The notes under the pieces are model-generated. The model saw only the letters and a list, made by a program, of their open reading frames with translations, was not told the DNA's origin and searched no databases. 64,000 nt of DNA from Octopus sinensis. Taxonomy: Eukaryota. A program made the translations under genes and the position numbers. Position 1 is the stretch's first letter, and each line of letters begins with the position of its first letter. Positions 38,425-51,964 of the stretch are shown piece after piece. The DNA is taken from the NCBI RefSeq assembly GCF_006345805.1, contig NC_043004.1, forward strand, positions 9,982,001-10,046,000, read 5' to 3'.

Positions 38425-39576
38425 AAATATATACCATGCCTGAAAGTAAGATGGAATGGTTCCAACAGGAAAGATGTTAACTACATGTTTCCTCGATCAT
38501 GGATCGTATGAGGTTATGCAACGGCAATTACAAAGTAAGATGGTTTAAATCAAGTATTAGTGTTTCACCTCGAATTAATTCTCAGTAATCAGATCCCAAA
38601 CCAATTCGAAACATATCGTAGTTCACCCTTCAAATATGATGATGGTGTAGAAACTGCAAATAAATAAATAAAAAGTATAAGAAAGAGAGAAAGAAATAAG
38701 GAAGAGAAGAGAAGCTGCTTAAAGTTATCATACTCATCTGATGAATGAAAGTCAATGACTTTAACCATATGACACTTTAGCAGAGAACCAAAGAATGACA
38801 ACTGCACCCAACTACACTACGTCTTCCGAACGTCCGAAGTTCTTCCGAACGTCCGAAGTTCTTCCGAACGGAAGTGTCGGCATTTTATTGTCACACGTGT
38901 GATACTTCAACTACTGCAGTAAGAGGTTCGCTGTTTGTGGTTCTGAGAAGTTTCAGCCGCCAGCAATCAATGAAGATCGTGTCTAACTACGCAGCATATC
39001 AACAAAGGACGAGGTCACTTGGTGATGATGGTGGGTGACAGAGAACATACAGTGAACATTTAAAAAGACAATTTGGCGAGAAACAAAAGGAAAATAAATT
39101 AATATCAAAGAGAATGATAAAAGAGGTCATTGAACATATTTGGCCAGATATTCTTGTTAACTTTCTAAGCATTCTCATTGATTCCTTGAACCATTGATTG
39201 CCAAGAAGTCGTAGAAAAATGAAGGCGGGTCAATTAATTAATTATTAATTATTACCAGAAGAATATTTTTTGTATATTTTTGCAACAATTAAACCGAAAA
39301 CATTAATGTTGTTTTGAAGTACTTTGTTAATATTTTCCAATATCTATCTAACTGTCTGTCTGCCTACCTATCTATCTAACTAATTGTCTCTCTTTGAGTC
39401 GTCTTTTTCTATTTCCTCACACATACAATGGAGCTGGTTTCCCCATGTCCACATCAAAGGAAATTTAGATTACAACTTTACTCTACCAACATACTCACTC
39501 AAACACACACAACATACGCACTGTCTGTCACCTGTCTGCCCTGTCTGTCTGTTTGTTTGTCTGTCTATCTGTCTGA

Positions 39577-39655
<79 letters not shown>

Positions 39656-40237
39656 GCGCGCGTGTGTGTGTATGTGCGTGTGTACATACATACACACGCA
39701 TATACATACATGAATATCATGATATCGACTACATTATTGAATGTCGTTATCATGATATCGAACACACTATTCAATGCTGTTATGATATCGACCAAACTAT
39801 CGAATGTTGGCCACAATGCACTTTGCATTGTTTTAGCTTTTGAATGATGCCACTTGGCTTGCTAGGCAGGGCTACTCATCAACAGCTGAATCGACTAGTC
39901 CAACGTGAAACGAAGTGTTTTGCTCAAGAATACAAAACGAAGCCGGTCTGGGAATTGAAACCACAACATTGCAATCATGAGTGCAATTCTCTAACTACCG
40001 GACCACTCTTCTTCACACTTACATTTATATACATACAGTTCATATCATTGAACACTTCAATAACGGACCCCTCTCCCAGTCGGAGTTTATTTACATGGTT
40101 CGTCGCTTTGTTCAAGTACGGGTAACGAAGTGCTGCAAAAGACTATAATACTATATATTTAGTATTTACTCAATCAAAACTATTGCTTTCTCTTTTAATT
40201 CACTCATAATTTTGTCTTTTACACAATAGCACTGGAA

Positions 40238-40268
<31 letters not shown>

Positions 40269-40497
40269 TGTATGTATGTATGTATGTATGTATGTATGTA
40301 TGTATGTATGTATGTATGTATGTATATACACACACATACGCATACACACACGCACGCACGTACACACACAGATACACACACACACATTAGAACCAGTACT
40401 AGAAGACGTAAGTTTAAAAAGTCAGTAAAGAACGAAATACGGTGTCCCTACCAGCAACGCCAGGGATGTGTTTATATACATCATACATACATACATA

Positions 40498-40558
<61 letters not shown>

Positions 40559-40890
40559 CATCTGTCTGTCCATCTATATACTTCACACACACACACACAC
40601 ACAGATGCACACACAAATACACACACGTGTATGTATATATATATACACACAATCCAATGCAGTCTGTTGCATCAGTCACGACAGTAGGGAAGTTGTTTCG
40701 TGCACGTGACGAAATACTCAGTCGAACTCATTGTTACAATCACGTGTTGCAGCGAATAAACAGAACCAGTCTGAGTAAAGATACGCGCACGCACGCATTT
40801 ACGTACTCGCGCGCGCGCGTACACACACACACAAGCACAAACACACACGTGCACATGTGTACGGTATTAATGAAATCCAAAAATCATATA

Positions 40891-41149
40891 TTTTTATTTG
40901 TTTCAATCATTTGACTGCGGCCATGCTGGAGCACCGCCTTTAGTCGAACAAATCGACCCCAGGACTTATTCATTGTAAGCATAGAACTTATTCTATCGGT
41001 CTCTTTTGCCGAACCGCTAATTTACGGGGACGTAAACACACCAGCATCGGTTGTCAAGCGATGGTGGGGGACAGACGCACAAGCATAAACATACACGCTC
41101 AGACAGACACAGACACACACAGACACACACACATATATTTATATGTATA

Positions 41150-41218
<69 letters not shown>

Positions 41219-41369
41219 TACATACATACAACGGGCTTATTTCTGTTTCCGTCTACGAAATTCACTCACAAGGCTTTGGTCAGCCCGAGGCAATAGTAGA
41301 AGACAGTTGCCCAAGGTGCCATGTAGTGGGACTGAACCCGGAACCATGTAGTTGGAAAGCAAGCTACTT
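40891..41369 (-). mobile_element. SINE family A with expanded internal (TA)n
   Basis: tcatttgactgcggccatgctggagcaccgcc...actgaacccggaaccatg. Confidence 0.9.
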
Positions 41370-41703
41370 TATTTCATAAAATTTGCCATGACGGCATTAC
41401 AAAGAGTAGCTTGTGGGCTGGGCAGAAACATTAATGAGATGAATGATGAAAAAAGATGATATTGATGGGAGAAACCATAAAACGCTCGCCGATTTTTTGA
41501 TTCTCTAAAACATTAGTCTCTTCTTTTTTTTCACAGAAAAAGACAAACGAGGTATTGAACCTCTTACTTCAGTTTTACAATTATTGGACTAATAATCCAT
41601 TTAAAAATTGGGGCGTTAAGCCTCTTAAACACAATAACATACAATAAACATTAAACATTATACAATAAGCATTATAACACTGAGGCTTTTCAACCTCTTG
41701 TCA

Positions 41704-42938
41704 CTATTCCTCCCCAATATCGCCTGTGCCCGTATACTCCGCCATCACCCACGCTTCATTCAAGACCAAGGCGGGATCCGAGCCAGCGTCGCCCTGCTAC
41801 AAGCGATATTGCTCATTGAGTCTCTGCAGCCTATACATCACGGGCAACGTTATGACCTCCACAGCTATCTGCGGAGGGCATTCGGGATCCAGTGTGAAGG
41901 TTAAATGTGCTCCCTTAAGGTACTTTTCCACCACCTCTTCTACCTCTCCACCTCTGTAGAAGAAGACCGGGTTCGAGGTAGTCAATTCTGCCGTTGGCGG
42001 CACAATTCCACCAACGGTGTCTCTTCCCCTGCCGGAGGCACAACCCCTACCGGCAAGGTTCTGGGACATTCCAGTGCTATGTCACCGATTGCCGGCAATG
42101 TCCCGTTTCTCTTCCACTTCCTCTTTCTTTTTGTTCTCAACTGAGGAAGGATGCGTCTCCTTCGTGACCGGGAGATTCGCCTTCCCTCCCTCATCCCTAG
42201 GATCTTTCGGTGAGCACCCATTGTTGCTCATCTTCTTCCTCTTGCGGCCCTTCTTTGGGGAGTCCTCTTTCTCCTCGGCCGCCTTCGTTTCTTCTTCTAC
42301 AGAGGTCTCAATCAACTGCTCCAGGACTTTGCTTTGTTCCAGAGGACATTTTTTTCTTTATATGCCCAGGCTCCAGGCACCGATGACACCTGGGCGGGGA
42401 GCACCTTCAAGAATCACGGGTATCTGCACCCGGCCATTTAAAAAAAAATCTGGCATAACCAGGATTCATAGCTGTTGGGTCCACAGGGTAAAAACAGCTT
42501 TTAAACCAACCCAATCAGCAGCAGGAAGAATTTTCACGTTGAGGAGCCTGGCTCCACTCCCACCCAGGCCCCGACGGATAGTATCCTCAATTCCGGGTGG
42601 CAAACAAAAGACCCAAGCCCGCGTCAATTTTTTCCCACAATAAGTGGAAGAGACAAAGTTTCTTTACCCTCAAAGGGCTGGCTTGCAAAACTGCGAGCTT
42701 CCGCTGGGGTGTCAAACAGCAACCACACCGTTGCATATTTGACACCCTTAGAGATATACTTAATGGTTGGCAGATGTTCCACCAACTTCTGCTCAATCAT
42801 CTGCTTGGAGAAGACGATAATGGTGTCGAGAACCTTCGAATACGTTCTACACAACACTGTCCTCCCCTCATGCTGTCTGAGTGACTTCTTAGGTAGGATA
42901 ATCTACCATTCTACAATCTTATCCGTATTTTTTGCCAT
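41704..42938 (-). pseudogene. Decayed gag/ORF1-like gene (RRM-like region plus CCHC zinc knuckle) with no adjacent RT
   Basis: ATG at 42938: MAKNTDK..., TRAWVFCLPPGIED, IPVILEG..CHRCLEPGHIKKK(+1)CP (CX2CX4HX4C at 42346-42388), then an acidic/basic tail. Several stops and frameshifts. A-rich end near 41524. Confidence 0.7.
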
Positions 42939-43174
42939 GCTTTAAATTAAATAGAAAAAAGTCAAAAACAATAGTTCTCAAATATCGAAAAGAAAAGAAA
43001 GAAATCAAAAGGAAACAAAAGGGAAGAAGAGAAAAAGCAAACAGTTCAATAAGAAAGTCACAATAGAAGAAGAAAACAACAGTTCAACAAAACAACAACA
43101 AAAAAAAAGAAGAATTTTCTGGTTATTTAGGTACTCCAAGCCCTATGGTACACCGGTTAGAACCTGGACTGCTC

Positions 43175-43444
43175 CACTTGAAATACAGCTTTCCAATTAT
43201 TGGTAAACGTAGTTGAAAAATACACACTATTCACAAACAGCAAACAACTTTTGGTGGCAGGATACGCCACCAAACTATACTTCTCATAATAAGAAAAAAA
43301 TTTCACTTAATGTGAACACTTGAAATACAGCTTTCTAATGTTGTAAAAACATACACTATTAAAAAAGTGAACAACTTTCGGTTTAAGGATACGCCCCCAA
43401 ACTATAGTTCTCACAATGAGAAAATTTTTTTTGCTTAATGTGAA
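43175..43444. repeat. Two diverged tandem ~130-140-bp units upstream of the ORF1-like gene
   Basis: cacttgaaatacagctttc...ggatacgcc.ccaaactata.ttctca.aat.agaaaa...cttaatgtgaa at 43175-43316 and 43317-43444. Confidence 0.8.
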
Positions 43445-45632
43445 CAATATTTCTGAACTGCAAGCAGACCAACATCCTGAATCCAGCGAGGACTCCTTGT
43501 TTGTAAAAAATATAACCACAGACAACAACCCCCACTGGACCCAGGATACAAAAAAGTCTTACCTTGCAGCAGCTTCTTTTTGGCAGGCTAAACACTGCCG
43601 GCTATCTTCTTCAGTGCACAACACAATGATGCATGCGTACACTGACAACAAAGACTCATGGGTAAGCAAGCTAATTACCACACAGTCACTCCTATGTTTT
43701 ATGGAAATACACTCGTTTCGGCAAATTACTCACAGGATTACATAACTGCATGTTGATACACTATACAACCTTGTAAATGCATTTCTTCAGTGCTTGACAC
43801 TGAGGAGATGAATTAACAAGATTATATAATGTTTTAACAAGCAATAATGGAATCCTGACGTTTAGATCTGATAAATCTGATGCTTTTGCCCATACTCAAC
43901 CGGCAAGTTATCGTTCTATTTCTGCGGGCTTCGCATTTTTCGAGGACCCATCGCTTGATAATAGAAATTTATAGATAATTTTGATGCATTACTCTTTTCT
44001 ATATTACAATGTTTTCTATATTACGATGTCTTTTCTATATATAGTGTTTTGGTTCGATTTCGTGGAGGTGACATAACTTAGAGAAAACCAGGATATGTTA
44101 ACACAAAAGGCAAGTAGAGAAAGGACAACTATCTCATTGACCAATGAGAAATGATATTGAGAGAATCACTTTATTGTTATCTATGAAAAAAATAGATAAC
44201 GATAAACAATAGCGAACTCAATCGATGAGAAAAACAGAGCAGCCATCGAATATGCTAAAAATATTGTTAGCGACTTCAGATACAAAATGGTATTTTATGA
44301 AGTAGACACTACAACAACTTTAGCAAAACAGGATATAGGTGATGTAATCAACGTAATCAAAACAGGATATAGGTGACGTAATCAACGGGGAAATACAGAA
44401 CAACGATAGTATCCGGCCAATGAATGATAGACAAAAATGTTTCGAGGAAACGTGACACAAATGAGAAAAAGTATGATGCCGATACGTAATAATCATCTTG
44501 AGAAAGATTGTTTACTGAGTTGGCCACTGGGAAACGATAGACAGATAAACAACTTGAGAAGAAAACAGCTCCAAGCAAGCAAGATCTGAAAACGATATAA
44601 AGGCGAAGTGGTCCGATATAGAAATAGAACAGTTTATCAATTGGTAGATGAAAAGATGACAACTAAAGACAAAGTCTTCAAAAAACATTAAAAACCAACC
44701 AGTGGAAACTATGACAAATGGAGAAAAAAAAAAAAAAAAAAATGAATCCCACCCCAAATATTGAAAGAAGACAGTTCAGAATATTGCAGTAGCATGAAGC
44801 TTAAGTTGCAAGAAAATGAATTGCATGTATATATATATATAATATATATATATATAATATATATATATATGTATGTATGTATGTGTGTGAGTGTGTGTGT
44901 GTGTGAGTGTGTGTGTGGTGTGTGTGGTGTGTGTGGTGTGTAGTTTCACATACACAGATTTCCCTTCAAAATATGTAATTAATTAAAAAACATAACAATG
45001 GTCGGGTTTTTACTTAGTTTTAGAATATTTTCAAGAAGATAATATTTCATATTTCCTCATTACTGAAAGACTTTTTATGGTTTTCTTAAGTTATCAAGAA
45101 AATTATTTTAACTAATGGTCGTTACTTGATTACTTCATCTCTAGCAACAGAAGAAATATGGGGGAAACTATTGGGTCTGTTTCACATCCTTTATCAATTT
45201 CTTTTTATACTTTAAACAGATTTGGTAAGGTAGAGCTTATGGCATTCATCAGGGTCTTCAAGATATGTTGTAGAAAGAGTAGAAGCTATCTTTTGACCGG
45301 TAACTGGTCTGAATACTTAAAACACAGTGGACTTCACTGAAGGTGTCCAAGGGTCAAGTGGTGTACTTTGGTGATTTAGGTGTCTCCCATAATATCAAGA
45401 AATGAGCCTTTCAACTGTCTTCCATACAGTTTCCTTTTAACAAATTTCAAACTGCTAGTTTTAGTCGAACTGAAGCTGTTTTGGAGAAACTTTCCCAAGG
45501 TTCTGAATTGTAAGCTTGAGCCCACAATCACAGAATTGTGAAGAGAACTTCTTAGCAACACCGCCAACTGCCCCACGTCTTTTGTATGTTGTTGTGAACT
45601 TCGACACCAATTTTCTTACTACTATCAAAAAA

Positions 45633-47435
45633 TTACTGAATCCACAATACAAGAGTGCTTTCAGTATACCGCTGGGAAAGCTACGAGTGAATGTGCCGGA
45701 TAGGTTCTTTGACCCCGAAGACACGCATTGTGAAATGGTAACTATTGATAACATCAACATAGAGGAAACTGACGTGATATCAGCCATTGAAGAGCTGAGC
45801 TCGAACTCGGCAACGGGTCCTGATGGATTCCCTGCACTTCTCCTAAAGAAATGTAAAAGAGCTCTAGCTAGACCGCTTCAAATCCTTTTCCAGGAGTCCC
45901 TCAGGATGGGGAAACTCCCCAAAAAACTAAAAGAGGGAATAATATGCCCTATCCATAAGGGAGGAAGCAGGGCAGAGGCTAGGAATTATAGACCTGTCTC
46001 CCTGACCTCCCACGTCAGTAAAGGCATGGGACACATTGTCAGGAAGAGATTGATTGAGTTCCTTGAGGACAATGACCTGCTCTCTGATACCCACCATGGT
46101 TTTCGCCCGGTAAGGAGCTGTCTTACACAGCTTCTGCGACACTATGACTGGGTACTGAAGCAATTAATGAACTGCTCAAAAGTGGATGTGGTATAGCTCG
46201 ACTTTGCGAAGGTATTTGATAAGGTCGACCATGGAATGATATGCCACAAAACACGGGGATTCGGCATCACAGGTAAAGTCGGAGAGTGGCTGCATGATTT
46301 ACTTAAGGACAGGAGCCAAACTGTAGCAGCCAACGAAGCTCTCTCCACAGAGACACCAATAGTGAATGGAGTGCCCCAGGTCACTGTGCTGGGGCCACTG
46401 CTTTTCATGGTAGCCCTATCGGATATGCCATCAGTGACAAAGGCAGTCATGCTCACCAGCTATGCCGATTACACAAAAGCCGCACAGTCAGTTAAGGAAA
46501 CCTCTGACGCTACGCTCTTACAGAAAGATCTAGATGTCATCTATACACGGGCTGAAGATAATATGCAATTTAATACAAGTAAATTCCAGGCCCTCCGTAA
46601 CCAGTTAAGCACTGCTCAGGAATCACGACATCAGTACGTTGGAGCAAGTGGAGCAACGATCTCAGAATCAAATATGGTGCGTGATCTTGGAATAGAAATG
46701 AGCAACAGTGCCTCATTTCACAACATATCAACAAAATGGTAGCAGTATCCAAAAGACTGGCTGGTTGGATTCTGTAACCTTCCGGACAAGGAACCAAGAA
46801 ACTATGATGACACTATGGAAGTCATTTATCCTCAGCCGCCTGGACTACTGCTCTCAGCTATGGTCGCCTTATACTACAAGGACGATAGCAGAGCTTGAAG
46901 CAGTTCAACGACATTACACAAAGAAAGTTACATCAATGGAACGATTGAATTACTGGGACAGGTTGAAAGAGCTGCGACTCTATTCCCTGGAACGAAGGCG
47001 GGAGAGGTATGCAGTGATATATATATATGGAAGATAGTGGAAGGACTGGTACCAAACTTTGGAATAAAGAGCTATACCAGACCACGAACAGGACGTCAAT
47101 GTGCTGTCCCCATTGTGCCGACTGCTTCATCTCGAGTAAGGATGATGTACTGCAGTAGCTTGGGTTTCAAGGGCCCACAACTGTTTAACTGTCTGCCGAA
47201 GCATCTGAGGAAACTCCACGGAGTGAATGTAAACGTTTTCAAACGTGAACTTGATCTCTGGCTCACCGAGATCCCGGATGAGCCAATATCTAAGCAAGAA
47301 ACTCAAAAGAGGGCAGTAGCATCGAATTCCATCCTTCACCAAAAGCCGCTCCGACAAAGGTGGAAAGATGATTACAATGGCGGTGCTCCAGCATGGCCAC
47401 AGTCATTTGACTGAAATATATAAGAGAGTAAGAGA
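45633..47435 (+). mobile_element. 5'-truncated CR1-clade LINE, RT pseudogene with its 3' end
   Basis: GPDGFPALLLK, NYRPVSLTS, HHGFRPVRSCLTQLL, LDFAKVFDKVDH, NGVPQVTVLGPLLF, YADY (for YADD), RLDYCSQLWSP, KGPQLFNCLP. Contains stops and frameshifts. Confidence 0.9.
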
Positions 47436-48986
47436 ATATATATCGGTCACCCAATGGCGATCAGACCGAGGCCTGATCGCCCTTGAGTGACCGAGGTCTG
47501 ATCGCCACTTGCTTCGCTTGTCTTAACAACTATCCAAACTTGAGTTATTGTCAACCAATATTTTCTTTCTTTTATTGACACTTCACTTTCTGTTATATAA
47601 TGAAATGTATTGCAATGGCTCCGTTCTGTAAGTACAGACATGGACATCTGCAATGCTAGAAATAGTGACACGTGTATCTCTAATCTTATAGAGTTAGCAT
47701 AATCAAATTTACAACCTTCATGTTTACATATAAAGTTGTAAGACACATTGGTCATCAAAAGTTTATTCAGCCATTGGAAAAACTGGTGGCTTGTTGTAAA
47801 GAAGATACTTAATGTTTGTACTCTAAAAGATTATTATTATAACAAGATTATAGCTGGATGTGACACACACACACACACACACACGCACACACACATCACA
47901 CACACACACGTACACATACACACACACACACATATGTATATAGATACATCTATGTATGCACATATAAACATATATAAATATATTTACATACGCGCACACA
48001 CGCACATACACATGTATGTATGTATACACGTACATATATATACATACGTATTTGTAAATGTCTTGCTAAACGTGTTGAGTGCCTTTTTCTTCCGTTTGTC
48101 CACTCACTTGTGTGTGTTGTGTGTGTGTGTGTATATATATAACATATATGTGTGTATGTATATATATATATAGTGTATATATATATATAGTAATATATAT
48201 ATATATGTATATATGTATATAGTATATATTATCTATATATTATATATATATATGATATACATATATATATATTATATATATATGTATATATATATTATAA
48301 TATATATATATATATCCTTATATAATATAATATATTATGTAGTAATAATGCATACGCAGTTTCACACACACATATAATGAAGACAACAAGCAAAAAATAA
48401 GCAACACAAGCTGGATGGATTTTAAAACAATCTTGTATGTATGTAGTACATACATACAACTTTAATATATATATATATGTGTGTGCATAAATATATACGA
48501 GCGCACATACGCACACACATAAATCTATACGCGCGTGTACGCATGTTCAAAGTGTATTTTGTTAAATAAGTCTTAATGGTATAGTTATGTTAAAACTACG
48601 TTCACGTGAAGGTCATTGACCTCTCCTTCTACTGTCAAGCTATATTCAGTACAATAGTTTGCAGCGAAGCGAACATAAAACTCTACTAAACACTCTTGGT
48701 GAACTGACCGATGTAACACTGTAGAAGTGATTTTATTCGTCATCCAATGGCTTCCTCATTACTTCATACTGCTCACGACATATGAAGGCCATTAGGAAGA
48801 AGTCTCCTTCGCTGTAAGTCAATTTTAGTGCATGCAAACAAAAACATGTTAGTTGCATACTTGGTTATCATTGCTTACTTATCTATACGCGTATGTGTTC
48901 ATGAATACATAGGCACATACACACACACACATGTATAGACAAGCAATGCACATATGTAGATATACAACACACACATTTTTAGTTAG

Positions 48987-49053
<67 letters not shown>

Positions 49054-49555
49054 AATATATACACACACTTATAGCTATATATGCATATATATATATATGC
49101 ACACACACACACACACACACTCACACATAAGCTGAGATACAGGCACATGCATTAACATATATAAATGGTTATACATACTCATGTATACATACATGTATGC
49201 ATACACACATGTATGCATACACACATAGACATGCAAACATGAATTTCATTATATGCACACATCCAGAAAGGAAGAAAGTGTGAGAGAGAGAGAGAGGAGA
49301 CAAAGAAAAAGCTAGAAGGGAGACTAATACAAAGAAACAAAGGCTAGAGAGTAAGAAAGTGAAAGTAACTACGCATAAACATTATCTTAACGATAATGCT
49401 TTAAGCTAAGTTTCTATTGTTCACCCAGCCTCCTTCGAAGCAAAAATATTTTTACTAAAATCACTTTTATTCCTCCGTGATTATACATGTGTTTGTACCT
49501 GCGTCATTATATGCAGATCAGTTTTAGCGTGTGCATTGTAGACATAATGCTGGTC

Positions 49556-49872
49556 CTCCGTCGGTTACGACGTCGAGTGGTGTTCCATTTGATCTGATCA
49601 ACAGAACAGCCTCTGCTCGCGAATTTAACGCACAAGTGGCTGAGTACTCCACATACACGTGTACCCTTAACGTAGTTGTCAGGGAGATTCAGCGTGAGAC
49701 AGAATATAAGACTGGCTCTTTGAAATACAGCTGCTACTCATTTTTTCCAGCTGGAGTGGACTGAAGCAACGTGAAATAACGTGCCTTGCTCCAGGACACA
49801 ACGCGTTACTAGGAATCGAACTTGTGACTCTACGCTCGTGAGGAGAACACCTTAACCACTAAGCCATGTGCC
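49556..49872 (-). mobile_element. SINE family C
   Basis: ctccgtcggttacgacg...gtggctgagtactccac...ttaaccactaagcc. Confidence 0.85.
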
Positions 49873-50562
49873 TTTACTCACTCTCTCTCTATATATATAT
49901 ATGAGCAAAATGTATTCGCGTGAAAGTCTTTTTGTTTTGTTTTGTAAACATTTTTTAAAGTCTTCTTCAGAGGAGACAGAGCGGCGCCGCTTATCATCCC
50001 GCAGGGTGTCCGACAAGGATGGGAGGAAAGGAAGTGTGAAGCCATAATTCATAAGTGTATCATGGTATCCATTAGTATTCGTTGCAGTGACTTGGTACGA
50101 ATATTTGCACCAGAGTGGACTCCATTGATCATAACCAGGAGTCAAGGTGATGGTATTATGCTAGGTGCAATTTGAGTCTGCTACACAGGAAAAGGCATAC
50201 ATCCGACCGGCTTCCATACAGTTTCCGTCTCTCAGTTTTACTCACAAGGCACGAATTTATGGTAGGAGTCATTCGCTCAAGAAAGGATTATGCCATCCCG
50301 TATGTCTTTTGATGAAAGGTGGTAGAAAATGATTTGAGAGCGATTTGGCTGGTATTGCTAGCAGGCTGTATGACTTGGTAGAAACCCCTTGGTTGTTGCT
50401 TTTGTTCTTTCTGCTATTGTCGATGTTATTGTTACTGTTGTTGCTGTCGTTGTTGTCCTATTGTTATTGTTGCTGATGTTATCGGATGTTTGTTACTAAT
50501 ATTATTGTTGCAAACTGATTCAATTTTAATGGTTTGTCTTAGCGGTCCCGCTACATGTCTTG

Positions 50563-51010
50563 AAAGGTTCCAGTCAAGGTATCCATCAGGGCGACTCACC
50601 ACCGCACCAGGGGCAATCTCAGAATCATGGAGGCCCTCCTTATCAACGAACGGAGACCAACTATTAACAACAGGAAGGAAATACATGAAGCAGTCTGGTT
50701 ACTTTAGCAACACTAATCTGCGCATGTCACCTTCTTCCTCCCTTCCTCAATCTTCCTTCCTTCCTCATTCTTCCTTCCTTCCTTCCTTCCTTCCTCATTC
50801 TTCCTTCCTCTTCTTTCCCCTTCTTCTTCTTCTTCTTCCTTCTCTTCTTCTTCTTCTTCTTCTCTTCTTCTCTTCTTCTTCTTCTTCTTCTTCTTCTTCT
50901 TCTTCTTCTTCCTTTCTCATCCACACATCTGAGTGAGCAACGACTTTTTCCTCTTCATTTTTCCAAATATTCTGAAGAAGAGGTTATAGCCCCGAAATAT
51001 AAAAGTACAA
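50563..51010 (+). mobile_element. Penelope-like element 3' end: GIY-YIG C-terminus, (CTT)n tract and hammerhead-like pLTR motif
   Basis: Frame KVSIRATHHRTRGNLRIMEALLINERRPTINNRKEIHEAVWLL* (stop 50705-07) fits the PLE endonuclease EAL.I...P..N motif. CTGAAGA A GAGG ttatag CCCC GAAATATA at 50972-51001. Confidence 0.7.
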
Positions 51011-51596
51011 GATGAACTTGTAACTTTGTTTTGTTTCGTATCTTTTACTTGTGTAGGTTATTTTGTAACTTCTCGCACTGTTTCAGCCTTACACCACACA
51101 TACACACACACACACACACACAAAACACACACACACGCATGCACGCACACACAATGTGAGTGAGGATTTAGACAAAAAATGTAAGCTGATGTGAAAGAAA
51201 GACAGTGCATCACCTTATACAGGTTGTTTTTACATTCCTATAATCTTTCATGAAAAGTTACCCTTTTTCAAATAAAGGAAATAGGATCACTAGAATGGTA
51301 TATCCATGAAAACGTAGTTCCCTGGACTCTTTGATTACTTTATTTCTTCTCTTTGAAAAAGAGAGATTTTTAGCAAAATATTGAATTCTTAGCATATGTG
51401 AGTAATTTTCATTTGAATAAAGAAATCGTGTCAGATATTTTGCCTAACTCTTCCTCTACTATGCTCAAAGGTTTTCATACATTGTTTTCATCTACACACA
51501 TTTCAATGCTGCAAGCAGATTTCAACAGTCTCATATATATATATATGCTATACATACATACATACATACATACATACATACATACATACATACATG

Positions 51597-51629
<33 letters not shown>

Positions 51630-51873
51630 GTATATATATATATATATATATTATATACTATATATATATATATATATATTATACATATATAAAGTAATTA
51701 AGGGTTTAGCAACGATTTGCCTCACCACACACCGAATTTAGAAATAGCAGTCAAAAGAGTTTTGGCTATTCTTTCTACTTAAAAGGGAGATCCCAGTAAA
51801 ACCATAGCACTTAAAAGGCAAACAACGCAGGCAAAAGAGAAAGAAATGACGATAATCATTCTACATTAAGTCA

Positions 51874-51964
51874 CCTACGGACGTACGTTTCGGAATTAAG
51901 CCATAGGAAAGCATAAAAATTAAATAATTATGTCTTACCCAACTATTTTCCTCCTCAGCGTAGG
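51874..51964 (-). ncRNA. Hammerhead candidate, antisense twin of 52358-52448
   Basis: Reverse complement reads CCTACG CTGAGGA GGAA...TTCC GAAACGTA cgtc CGTAGG. Confidence 0.6.

Noticed and set aside
41704-42938. Domesticated functional gag-like host gene
   Set aside because: At least three in-frame stops plus frameshifts indicate real decay, not only homopolymer errors.
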